Origin: a virus
Virus record (IMG/VR): IMGVR_UViG_3300037189_014399
Coordinates: 32,001-96,000 of that record
Strand: one strand, 5' to 3'
DNA: 64,000 bases
The notes below the pieces were generated by a model. The model was not told where the DNA came from. It saw only the letters and a list, made by a program, of their open reading frames with translations, and made no database searches. Positions 1 through 8,256 of the stretch are shown one piece after another; positions within the stretch are counted from its first letter, which is position 1, and each line of letters starts with the position of its first letter. Both the position numbers and the translations under genes were made by a program.

Positions 1-142
1 ATACAACATCGAGTGTTAGTGATCCGGTTGGAATACGTTTGATAGTGCTTACCTGATCGGCGGTAACCACTGTATTAACTCCCAGCTTTTTGTTTAGCTG
101 AGCAACTACTTTGAGAACATCTGCGTTTAGTGTCATTGTCAT
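1..142 (-). CDS. RecA/UvsX-like recombinase, N-terminal part (runs off window)
   Basis: Not in ORF track. Own translation from ATG at 142 (TAATG overlap): MTMTLNADVLKVVAQLNKKLGVNTVV...KRIPTGSLTLDVV. IPTGSLxLD matches the RecA ISTGSLSLD segment. Confidence 0.75.
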   Translation of the reverse strand, partial: MTMTLNADVLKVVAQLNKKLGVNTVVTADQVSTIKRIPTGSLTLDVV

Positions 143-540
143 TATCCGATCCTATCAATAATTGTGTGTGGTTGGAACCCACCGCTTTGTCCTACCTGCT
201 TTGCAGGAATAACTGTGCCTCCGTTTTGACCTTGAACCCCACCAACGCCTGAACCTGATTGACGCAGTGGATACCCACAGTCGTAGCAACGCTTAAGTTT
301 GGTTCCCATAGGAGCCATGTAATTTCCAGATCTGCACTCAGGGCAATTCTCAGATTCCTTTGCTGCTTGAGATTTTTGCATAGCGTTATCTAAAGCAGGA
401 TCATAGTTGACCGGGACATTGTCTTGTCCTGGTTGCCATCTATATGGAACCGGCTGTGCTGGGGCAGATGGGGGAGTTGATACCGGAGGCTTTGGTGCTC
501 CCATCTTTCTTGCATACCAGTCTGCATCACTCATCTTCAC
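142..540 (-). CDS. hypothetical protein with Zn-ribbon
   Basis: CPECRSG...CYDCGYP; overlaps both neighbours. Confidence 0.7.
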   Translation of the reverse strand: MKMSDADWYARKMGAPKPPVSTPPSAPAQPVPYRWQPGQDNVPVNYDPALDNAMQKSQAAKESENCPECRSGNYMAPMGTKLKRCYDCGYPLRQSGSGVGGVQGQNGGTVIPAKQVGQSGGFQPHTIIDRIG

Positions 541-949
541 TTACCTTCGTTTCTATTAGGTCTAGGTGTAACAATGTAGAAATACAAGAGACAGCGGCTG
601 ACATAGAAACCAGTTTAAACAAACCGGATAGGTCTTCAACGTTATCTCCTGTAATGAAATCATCCTTGCCTTCTTCTTTAGCCTGGATGATGTATGCGGA
701 AGCAGCAATGCGAGCAGCAATGTCTGAGTGTGCATCAATGATAGGAATTAAAGATGCAAACGAACTTATACGATTGCTACTTGCTATAGCTTCCATCTCT
801 GAAACATCCTTTGAGACAGGAGACAGCCCAAGCATGTCTGCAATCTCTTCTGCATGTTCTTCAAAGATTGAATCGTAAATAGCTTGACGAATCAATACAG
901 GCATTGGTACTGCATGTACAGATACTTTTTTTCTTCTACGTCTAAACAT
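527..949 (-). CDS. hypothetical protein
   Basis: Start moved to the ATG at 949 (MFRRRRKK), which overlaps the polymerase TAA (TAATG). Confidence 0.7.
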   Translation of the reverse strand: MFRRRRKKVSVHAVPMPVLIRQAIYDSIFEEHAEEIADMLGLSPVSKDVSEMEAIASSNRISSFASLIPIIDAHSDIAARIAASAYIIQAKEEGKDDFITGDNVEDLSGLFKLVSMSAAVSCISTLLHLDLIETKVSEDE

Positions 950-2925
950 TACTTTGCATCCCCCCACTTATCAACGATCTTAACATCTGCAATCATAGGA
1001 ATAGAAAGAGCAACGATGCCTTCCATAGCCGATCTGATTGCCTCAGCAGTTTCTTCTGCTAGATGATCTGGAGTTACTGTAACCAATTCATCGTGTACAG
1101 TCAAAATTAAGCTGGCCTCTGTAGGCACCAGGTTCCTTGCACGAACCATGGCTAGCTTGATGATGTCTGCTGCTGAGCCCTGGATCACAGTGTTGAATGC
1201 CTGACGTTCTGCCTTGGCTCGCAGGGTAACTTCCTTAGCCCGTAGGTTAGGTAGGTAACGTCTACGACCCAACATAGTTGAGACATAAGGCACAGGAGTC
1301 TTTAGGCGTGCGTTCTGGATCACATGCTTCTTGTACCGAACAACCGATGGGAACTTAGCCATAAAGGTATCTAGAAGCTCTCTAGCTGCCTCTACAGAAC
1401 AGTTCAAAGAGTTGGCAATCTTGTCAGGACCAACACCGTAGGCAAGGGATAGAACAAGTTCTTTTCCTGCCTTGCGGTCAACCCCCATAGTATTTCCAAT
1501 AGTTGTATAGAGATCTTCCTTGTCAGCGTATGCCTGGCACATGATTCGATCCTTACTAAAGGATGCAATGATGCGAGGTTCGATCTGAGAGTAGTCGGCA
1601 ACTACAAGCTTATGTCCCTCAGGAGCTACAAATAGATTACGTACTGCTTTTCCATTAGCGGTATGGGGAGCAGGAACATTCTGTAGGTTTGGGTTACGAC
1701 TAGAGAAACGACCAGTCTCTGTTCCATACTGAACAAAGTCTGTGTGAACACGTCCGTTGAGAACGATACTTTCTCTAGCAACTACCTTTGTCTTTCCTGC
1801 AACAGTCTTTGCAGTCATGCCACCTTGGTATGGAAGCACGTAAGTAGTCATCAACTTGTTAAGATCTGAATAGTTGAGAAGCTCATCGATAAGAGGATCT
1901 CGTCCACGCATATACTCCATGGCATCGTGAGCTACCGAGAAGTCATGCACAGTCAATGGCTTGCCCTCTTGCTGTCTACGCAATCCGGCAGGAGTCATCT
2001 TCTTAGGACGGATACCACGTCCGCCTTCTTTCTTTGGTGAGAAAAGAATGCGTTGCTTCTCTTGTACAGAGTTAATGTTAAATGCTCTACCTGCAAGCTG
2101 ATAGATAGTTGCCTTTGTTTCCTCAAGCTGACGATCTACCTCTGTCTTTAGATCAGACAATGCAGAGAGATCAATGTTTGCTCCATGTAGTTCCATCTCA
2201 CAGATGACCTGTAGGACATCCATCTCGAGTCTGAATATACCCATGAGCTTATTGGTCTCAAGATCTTGTTGGTACTTCTCATAGAGTTTAAAGGTCCACT
2301 CAGCATCTAGTGCGGAGTAAGTAGCAACCTCATCAAAGGTGTGCTTCTCGATCTCTTTACCTACGCCCTTGACCATCTCGTATCTGAACTCACGCTTTAG
2401 ACAATCGTCAAGACCTAAAGAGTGTCGGTTCTGATTATTAATAATGAAGGCAGCGTTTAATGTACAGAAGTAAGTAGGTTCAGGAAGACCACCGATGTAC
2501 TTAGATACGCTCTGCAAGTCAAACTTAAGGTTGTGCCCAACCTTTACCTTATCTCCGGTAAGTAAAGGCTTAAGAGCTTTGAATACTTCTCCAGGAGTAA
2601 GTTGATCTGGTGCCGGTCCAAAGACCTTTACACCTTTCTTTTCATCCTTACTGTAGTCATCCTCACGTAGCTCTTGACCTTTGGCAAGACGACGTTGACC
2701 ACTTACTAGAAGTGGGAAGTCAGTTCGAATGTACTCTCCGTTTGGATGTCCCATAGGAATAACATCAACACGAGATTTGTTTGCTAATGAGATCCACACG
2801 ACACGATTCTGTCGTGGATCGCCACGGTGATCTCCCATGGTTTCTACGTCAAATGCAAAGGCATCTTCTTTTTCATATGCCTTAACTAAATCTTTTAGTT
2901 CCTCTTGTGTACGAATTACGTTCAC
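949..2925 (-). CDS. polA: family A DNA polymerase with 3'-5' exonuclease
   Basis: Exo motifs FDVET, HNLKFD, YSALDA; TGRFSSRNPNLQN; motif A ADYSQIEPR, motif B RKAGKELVLSLAYG, motif C TVHDE. Confidence 0.97.
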   Translation of the reverse strand: MNVIRTQEELKDLVKAYEKEDAFAFDVETMGDHRGDPRQNRVVWISLANKSRVDVIPMGHPNGEYIRTDFPLLVSGQRRLAKGQELREDDYSKDEKKGVKVFGPAPDQLTPGEVFKALKPLLTGDKVKVGHNLKFDLQSVSKYIGGLPEPTYFCTLNAAFIINNQNRHSLGLDDCLKREFRYEMVKGVGKEIEKHTFDEVATYSALDAEWTFKLYEKYQQDLETNKLMGIFRLEMDVLQVICEMELHGANIDLSALSDLKTEVDRQLEETKATIYQLAGRAFNINSVQEKQRILFSPKKEGGRGIRPKKMTPAGLRRQQEGKPLTVHDFSVAHDAMEYMRGRDPLIDELLNYSDLNKLMTTYVLPYQGGMTAKTVAGKTKVVARESIVLNGRVHTDFVQYGTETGRFSSRNPNLQNVPAPHTANGKAVRNLFVAPEGHKLVVADYSQIEPRIIASFSKDRIMCQAYADKEDLYTTIGNTMGVDRKAGKELVLSLAYGVGPDKIANSLNCSVEAARELLDTFMAKFPSVVRYKKHVIQNARLKTPVPYVSTMLGRRRYLPNLRAKEVTLRAKAERQAFNTVIQGSAADIIKLAMVRARNLVPTEASLILTVHDELVTVTPDHLAEETAEAIRSAMEGIVALSIPMIADVKIVDKWGDAK

Positions 2926-2951
2926 CTTTTTATGCTCCCTGTCTGGTTGTG

Positions 2952-3018
2952 CTCCCCCTTAGCAACTGTTAGAGGACCCTAGGAAAAAGGAGGAGGGAAA
3001 ACCTAGGGTCCCTCTAAC
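2952..3018 (-). promoter_or_regulatory. long hairpin / possible pseudoknot in the polymerase leader
   Basis: 16-bp stem with one bulge (2968-2983 with 3002-3018). The pyrimidine loop is complementary to AAGGGGGAG at 2952-2960. Confidence 0.55.
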
Positions 3019-3028
3019 TATTGAGAGA

Positions 3029-3733
3029 TTACTGAGCGGCGAGAATTTCCCTTGCAATTTCTTCAAGCTCAGACTTAGTGGATGGCCGGAGAGCTTCGGG
3101 TCCTAGTGGCTTGAATTTGTTAAGGATCTCAGCAGCAGCAACAGGATCAATCTCCCAATCCTCTGCAAGGTCACGTTCCTTGACTACTTGAATTGAGTAG
3201 GTGGTCTTCGTGCCTGTACCTGACTTAGCTACAGCCCAGTAGAGATCATTACGGTGGATTGGACCTGTTGCCTTTGAAGTTGAAAGCTTCTCAAGCTGAG
3301 AGAACAAACGTACGCCAACAACCATTAGCTGTACTTTTGGTTCTTCTTCTCCAGTCAAGTTAACAACGCTGAATGCAAACTTGCGTTCAGGACGATTGCC
3401 TACTCGCTCTAGCGGATCTCCGCTCCATCCAATGAATGACTTCTTTCCTGGACGTTGTACCCAGTGTTGCAAGAACACCATAGGTTCATCGCTAAGGAAC
3501 TTAATTAGTTGCACATCTTCTGTGAACTTAAAATCTGATGTAAAAGAAGCGCTGGCTTCGTCTTTAGCTTTCTTAGCTGCAGCCCAACCAACCTGGATCA
3601 CTGATGAGCGATCCGGCACTTCGTTCTCATCCTCTTCTTCGAACACATCGGGATTGAACTCTTCCATATCTGGTGAGTATGTGTCCATGTTTACTTCATC
3701 CTTGCGAATACGCAAGCTGTTATTAGTTGTCAT
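3029..3733 (-). CDS. single-stranded DNA-binding protein (T4 gp32-like)
   Basis: LIKFLSDEP..FLQHW, KFAFSVVNL, WAVAKSGTGTKTTYSI pattern; adjacent to polymerase. Start probably MTTNN at 3733 (alternative in-frame ATGs lie just upstream). Confidence 0.65.
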   Translation of the reverse strand: MTTNNSLRIRKDEVNMDTYSPDMEEFNPDVFEEEDENEVPDRSSVIQVGWAAAKKAKDEASASFTSDFKFTEDVQLIKFLSDEPMVFLQHWVQRPGKKSFIGWSGDPLERVGNRPERKFAFSVVNLTGEEEPKVQLMVVGVRLFSQLEKLSTSKATGPIHRNDLYWAVAKSGTGTKTTYSIQVVKERDLAEDWEIDPVAAAEILNKFKPLGPEALRPSTKSELEEIAREILAAQ

Positions 3734-4214
3734 TTCCATTTCCATTTCCATTGGCAGTTTCATTGGCATGAATCTTAGTCCATGTTTCTACCAATTCAAT
3801 TGATAGATCACGATGTCGATTCCAATCAATCCTAGGGGCTTCGAGAAGTCCCCGAGATTGAAAGCTCTGTAAGGAGGACTCTATCATAGCACGACTGTAC
3901 ATACGCCAGCCTGGCTTTTTCTTACCGTCCACCATCATTGATTTTAATCTATATGGTGCTTTAGGGATATACCCCTTGCGTTCCCATAGTCGTACAGTAA
4001 CTAATGGCCTACCCAGCGCAGCAGCAAATGCTCCAGCGCTATAGAGCTCAAGTGTCTTGCCATTAGGAAGCTTTTTTATAACTGGCTTTACTTCCCAGTT
4101 ATCTTTGTCAAGCTTTTCTTTTACAGGCTTCTCGACAGCACGACGTTTACGTTTGGAACCAGGATAGAACTCATCAAGCTTTCCAAACATATCATCAATT
4201 GCGTCCTTGGCCAC
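3723..4214 (-). CDS. MerR-like helix-turn-helix DNA-binding protein
   Basis: YSAGAFAAALGRPLVTVRLWERKGYIP...GWRMYS MerR signature. Confidence 0.8.
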   Translation of the reverse strand: MAKDAIDDMFGKLDEFYPGSKRKRRAVEKPVKEKLDKDNWEVKPVIKKLPNGKTLELYSAGAFAAALGRPLVTVRLWERKGYIPKAPYRLKSMMVDGKKKPGWRMYSRAMIESSLQSFQSRGLLEAPRIDWNRHRDLSIELVETWTKIHANETANGNGNGNDN

Positions 4215-4296
4215 GGCACTCCTTACACAAGTAAACGCTAGTAACTCCGAAGAGTGTTAAGTCCTCGGAGGTACCGCATTTAAAACATACGTTCAT
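4195..4296 (-). CDS. 33-aa CxxC-CxxC micro-protein
   Basis: Not in track. MNVCFKCGTSEDLTLFGVTSVYLCKECRGQGRN; ATGA overlap with the upstream frame. Confidence 0.45.
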   Translation of the reverse strand: MNVCFKCGTSEDLTLFGVTSVYLCKECRGQGRN

Positions 4297-4377
4297 TTAC
4301 ATCCCATGCAGTAATTAGGTACACGAAGGTTGGCTCGAGCAGTTTTATACTCACGCCCACAATGTGAACAAGTTACA

Positions 4378-4824
4378 TTAACGCTTTGATGGTACGAATG
4401 CCCAAGAGATAGTCTTGGGATACATAGAGTCAATTTCGTCTTCCGAAATCTTACCTGTATAGAGGGCAGCAAGTACCTTTTCTTCGTTGACCATCGGGAC
4501 CATTTCAACACAGTCTTCATATAGACCACGCTCCTTCAATATGCGCTCTGCTTCTTCCATGTCAAACTTCTTTGTGACACGACGCTGACGCTGTAGTGAT
4601 GTGTAACCACTGATCTCTTCTGGCAACTGAAGCCAGTAGTGACCCTCGGTATCTTCTTCTCCGCTAAGTTCTACTGCTTCCATCAAGTCACCCTTGATTT
4701 CATTAGAAGCTTTAGTTAGCTTATCGATCTGAGTTTTGTAATTTAAAAACTCACGGATTTTTGTTAGGAGTTCTGACTCCTGCTTATGATGCGGCTCTCT
4801 AGCCGGTTCTGCGATCTTTGGCAT
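4378..4824 (-). CDS. hypothetical coiled-coil protein (loosely Gam-like)
   Basis: SD AAGGAGG upstream; helical N-half; no diagnostic motif. Confidence 0.6.
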   Translation of the reverse strand: MPKIAEPAREPHHKQESELLTKIREFLNYKTQIDKLTKASNEIKGDLMEAVELSGEEDTEGHYWLQLPEEISGYTSLQRQRRVTKKFDMEEAERILKERGLYEDCVEMVPMVNEEKVLAALYTGKISEDEIDSMYPKTISWAFVPSKR

Positions 4825-4852
4825 AGCACCCTCCTTAAGGTGTACCTACAAT

Positions 4853-4890
4853 AACACAAAACCCCCCGGTTTCAAAACCGAGGGGTTGTG
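4853..4890 (-). terminator. Rho-independent terminator
   Basis: Minus-strand hairpin AACCCCTCGGTTT-TG-AAACCGGGGGGTT followed by TTGTGTT. Confidence 0.7.
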
Positions 4891-4904
4891 GGTAAGTCCG
4901 TGTA

Positions 4905-5051
4905 TTAATCCTCTTTTATGTACGCCTTTAGGGCTTCGATAATAACGTCTGTGACGGTTCGCTTGTCCTCTGCAGCCTTTACCTTCACAGCTGCCCATAA
5001 CTCTGACGAGACACGAATAGTGCGAGTTGGGGTCTTTGGTGCGTTTGGCAT
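4905..5051 (-). CDS. ribbon-helix-helix (Arc/CopG-like) DNA-binding protein, 48 aa
   Basis: Not in track. SD AGGAG; MPNAPKTPTRTIRVSSELWAAVKVKAAEDKRTVTDVIIEALKAYIKED has the beta-helix-helix pattern. Confidence 0.8.
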   Translation of the reverse strand: MPNAPKTPTRTIRVSSELWAAVKVKAAEDKRTVTDVIIEALKAYIKED

Positions 5052-5058
5052 TTCTCTC

Positions 5059-6639
5059 CTAGATCATTGCGGCCTGTAAGAATGACCTCAAGCTACCGGC
5101 CGTAAGGTTGACACCTCCACGGTCATTAATGCCCTCACCATCTACAACAGCGTTAGCTACTGCCGTCTTCTGTTGAAGCATGGCGTGTTGACGTTCTTCT
5201 ATTGAACCTCTTACGAGTATGTCTTGTATGACGATGTGGTTCCATGTGCTTGAGGCACGCTTTATTCTACCGTTTCTTTGCACAGCTAGCCCGGCATTCC
5301 AAGGTAAATCGTAATTAATTAAAAGATTAGCTTGAGGTAGATCTACACCATATCCTCCAGCATCTGATGAGATCAGTACACGACATTCTGGATCAGTTTG
5401 AAATTCAATCTTTGATTTCTCTTTTTCTTTTGCAGACATACGACCGGTGTACTTAGCAGACTTGTATGGAATAGCCTCAGCTAATAGGTCTACCATCTTT
5501 ACATAGGATGTAAAGATTACAATCTTATTGCCATCGTAATCTGATAAAAAGTTATCTACGTATTCTTTTACTACATCAAGCTTGACTGGCTTGAGTGGAG
5601 CATCTAGGTATCCCAACTCTTTTAGGTCTGCAGCGTATGCCGATCCCTCACCAGTTAATGGGCTGTAGATATTTGCAGAATGCTTTACTAGATCTGGGTG
5701 ATCACATAACATGCGTAGGCAAGTTAGTTTAGACATGATGCGACCACGGAGTTCATCCATGATGCCGCCCTGGTCAGATCCTCCGTAATGATCAAAGAGA
5801 TCAAAGCTTGATCCAAAGGAGTTAAGAGCATCGTCAAGATCACGAAGTAGATCATCAGCTATGTGCTGATAGAGCTTTGCAGCTGAGGAGTTCATATCTA
5901 CCAGAATAGGTTCAGCTGTAATAGTCTCAGGTAGATACGGAGCTACATCAGGATCTTGTTGACGCTTACGTACACACGCCTTACTTAAAGCCTCATGAAG
6001 TGTGGGTAGGTTTCTGTAACGATCTACTCCACCAAACTGGTTTCGTACAATGAATGTCTTGTCAAACAAATCAAATCTTCCAAGCACAGATTGATCTACG
6101 AACTGCATGATTGAGTACAGCTCTTCAGGTCGTCCGTTCTCTACAGGTGTTCCGGTAAGAGCAAACTTGTAACGACTGTCTAGCTTCTTTATATACTTAG
6201 ATCGTTTTGATCTGAAAGACTTGATTGCTGTTGCTTCGTCAATAACGATGAAGCTTCTGTTGAGCTGCTGTACTTGCTCCCAGTCGTTAACAACCTGCTC
6301 GTAGTTAATAATGACGTAATCAACAAGCGAATGCCCCCAGTCGAGGGCCTCTGTATATTGCTCGAGTCGTTTCTTTGGCGTTCCGTCAATGACCAAAGTG
6401 TTTGCATGTCCATCGGTAAACTTTTCTATTTGTGCGGCCCATTGATATTTCAATGAGGAAAGACAAATTATAAGGCCTGGCCCTGTAATTTTCCCCTCAT
6501 CTCGAAGGCGCTCTATTGCTGCAATGGTAAGTACTGTCTTACCAAGACCTAGGTCATAGGCAACAAGCATCTTACGTCGCTCGACCATACGATCAACAGC
6601 TTCTGGTTGATAGGGTAGGAGAGTTCCTGTAAAGGTCAT
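5059..6639 (-). CDS. SNF2-family helicase
   Basis: LLPYQ, DLGLGKT, IDEAT, LTGTPVEN, AGGYGVDL, QRNGRIKR. Confidence 0.93.
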   Translation of the reverse strand: MTFTGTLLPYQPEAVDRMVERRKMLVAYDLGLGKTVLTIAAIERLRDEGKITGPGLIICLSSLKYQWAAQIEKFTDGHANTLVIDGTPKKRLEQYTEALDWGHSLVDYVIINYEQVVNDWEQVQQLNRSFIVIDEATAIKSFRSKRSKYIKKLDSRYKFALTGTPVENGRPEELYSIMQFVDQSVLGRFDLFDKTFIVRNQFGGVDRYRNLPTLHEALSKACVRKRQQDPDVAPYLPETITAEPILVDMNSSAAKLYQHIADDLLRDLDDALNSFGSSFDLFDHYGGSDQGGIMDELRGRIMSKLTCLRMLCDHPDLVKHSANIYSPLTGEGSAYAADLKELGYLDAPLKPVKLDVVKEYVDNFLSDYDGNKIVIFTSYVKMVDLLAEAIPYKSAKYTGRMSAKEKEKSKIEFQTDPECRVLISSDAGGYGVDLPQANLLINYDLPWNAGLAVQRNGRIKRASSTWNHIVIQDILVRGSIEERQHAMLQQKTAVANAVVDGEGINDRGGVNLTAGSLRSFLQAAMI

Positions 6640-6848
6640 CGCTCAGCCTTTGCCCAGCTTCTGTGGTTCTTAATGTAGACAGCCATGTATGCAACTGATC
6701 CTAGGTAGAAACCATATTGCTTAGTCTGTGTAGCGTAGATCAACCAGAGAGTTTCATTAAAGAACAATACAACCCAACCCAGTTTGTTTTTGGTACCCAC
6801 AATAAATGTACCTGTGATGCCGCATATAGCTAGGACCCAAGACCACAT
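6636..6848 (-). CDS. small membrane protein (PnuC-like)
   Basis: Hydrophobic segments and GW..LF..E.LW..YA pattern. Confidence 0.5.
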   Translation of the reverse strand: MWSWVLAICGITGTFIVGTKNKLGWVVLFFNETLWLIYATQTKQYGFYLGSVAYMAVYIKNHRSWAKAER

Positions 6849-7789
6849 TAGATTAAAGCCGCCTCTCCCATTACACAGTGCTTCGAGTTTTCAAGAGACC
6901 AGTCTATCTGATCTTTTGTCATGTCTCCAATGTCTTTGACTTCAAAGTCACCGTAGTTAAATACAAAGAACTCAATGCCTTCTTTTCTCAGCTCTTTAAA
7001 TAGAACTCTAGTTGATTCCTTGCCGGCAGCATCGTTGTCTAAAGCTAGGATCAGCTTGTCTGCCCTACGCATTATCTTTATCTGGTCATGGCTGATGATG
7101 GCACCACAGGCAGCTACGCCGCCCTGGATGCCTAAGCTATGTAGACGTACAGCATCTAGTGGGGATTCCACAATAATCATTGTTCCCTCTTCCCACTTGT
7201 GTAAGCCAAAGAATGTTCGTGACTTAGGAACTCCTGGTGGGCGATTAAAGAACTTCCTTGTGATCTGACCCTTCTCTTGCCAGCCCATTAAGTTTCCATC
7301 TTCTCCCCTTATAGGAAGGATCCAGGTAGAGTCACCCTCACGCCACAAGACCCCGTAATGATTACAGGACTCAACGGTTAGCTTGCGTGCCTCTGCAGCC
7401 CACTCTGGTACTTCTTTAAACAAACCTAGTCGTCCCTCTGACATAGGAACAATGCGTGGCACTGCATAGTAAGTCTTGCGTGCTTCTTCTAACTGCTCTG
7501 ATACAAAGTTCCAATCAACCTCTACATTTTCATTAAGCCAAGCTTTAGCTTCATCGAGGTTACCTAGATCTAAGTAGTCTGAGATAAGAGTTAATAGGTT
7601 TCCCTTATACCCACAGGAGAAACAATTGTGAAGGCCACTGCCCACGTGAATTCCCCATGAGGGATTTCTATCCTCTGTGCCTGTTACAAACTTATGCATA
7701 GGACAAAGCGCAGTGATGTTGTCACCACGTTGAACACCTTCGATACGAAGTCGAAGCAGGATGCGTTCTACATCCCCGTCCTTAAACAA
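6848..7789 (-). CDS. dnaG: DNA primase (CHC2 Zn finger + TOPRIM)
   Basis: CPMH...HNCFSCG; IIVESPLDA; LALDNDAAG; KDIGD. Confidence 0.92.
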   Translation of the reverse strand: MFKDGDVERILLRLRIEGVQRGDNITALCPMHKFVTGTEDRNPSWGIHVGSGLHNCFSCGYKGNLLTLISDYLDLGNLDEAKAWLNENVEVDWNFVSEQLEEARKTYYAVPRIVPMSEGRLGLFKEVPEWAAEARKLTVESCNHYGVLWREGDSTWILPIRGEDGNLMGWQEKGQITRKFFNRPPGVPKSRTFFGLHKWEEGTMIIVESPLDAVRLHSLGIQGGVAACGAIISHDQIKIMRRADKLILALDNDAAGKESTRVLFKELRKEGIEFFVFNYGDFEVKDIGDMTKDQIDWSLENSKHCVMGEAALI

Positions 7790-8057
7790 GGTTTGGCCGA
7801 TCTACTGGTGTAGGTGCGAGAGCATACGTTCCACAGATAGCACACTCCATCTGTAGAAGGTATGAGGAGATCTCATAGTCAGCAAATGAAACTTTAAGGT
7901 TCCACAAGTTGCTTTCACACTTAGGACATTCATGGCATATAACATCTTCATACTCCATGGTGCCTGTGTAGTCAGGTTTGATTTCTCTAACTGACTTTGC
8001 GACTTGCTCTCCTTCTGATCCGCTTTCGGTCATTGTGATCCGTACCTCCCCACACAC
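7782..8057 (-). CDS. hypothetical Zn-ribbon protein
   Basis: CPKC...CAICG; true start uncertain. Confidence 0.6.
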   Translation of the reverse strand: MCGEVRITMTESGSEGEQVAKSVREIKPDYTGTMEYEDVICHECPKCESNLWNLKVSFADYEISSYLLQMECAICGTYALAPTPVDRPNLV

Positions 8058-8256
8058 CTAATAGACTTGAGTCAGACAAAGCATACTCTAAACATTCAAA
8101 CTTAATTGAACACCCCATGCATACAGCCTTTGCTGCCTGCACGGTTGCCAAGTACTTAGGGTCATCGTCTTCTGGAAAGAAGAGATCTGGATCTGCATCT
8201 AAGCATGCTTGATCTCCATTAAAAGGAGAAGTTGCCTGTATCGTAAGGATTTCCAT
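7987..8256 (-). CDS. whiB: WhiB-family Fe-S transcription factor
   Basis: C..D.DLFFP...AKAVCMGC....EC.EYAL....GVWGG; start moved to MEILT at 8256. Confidence 0.93.
   Translation of the reverse strand: MEILTIQATSPFNGDQACLDADPDLFFPEDDDPKYLATVQAAKAVCMGCSIKFECLEYALSDSSLLGVWGGTDHNDRKRIRRRASRKVS

Noticed and set aside
3731-3751. (ATGGAA)x3 repeat giving MEMEMEM/GNGNGN in overlapping frames
   Set aside because: Short microsatellite in a gene overlap; 6-bp units keep both frames, and there is no evidence of function.
6225-6245. DEAT instead of DEAH in the SNF2 helicase
   Set aside because: The catalytic DE is intact; the fourth position varies in phage SNF2 proteins.
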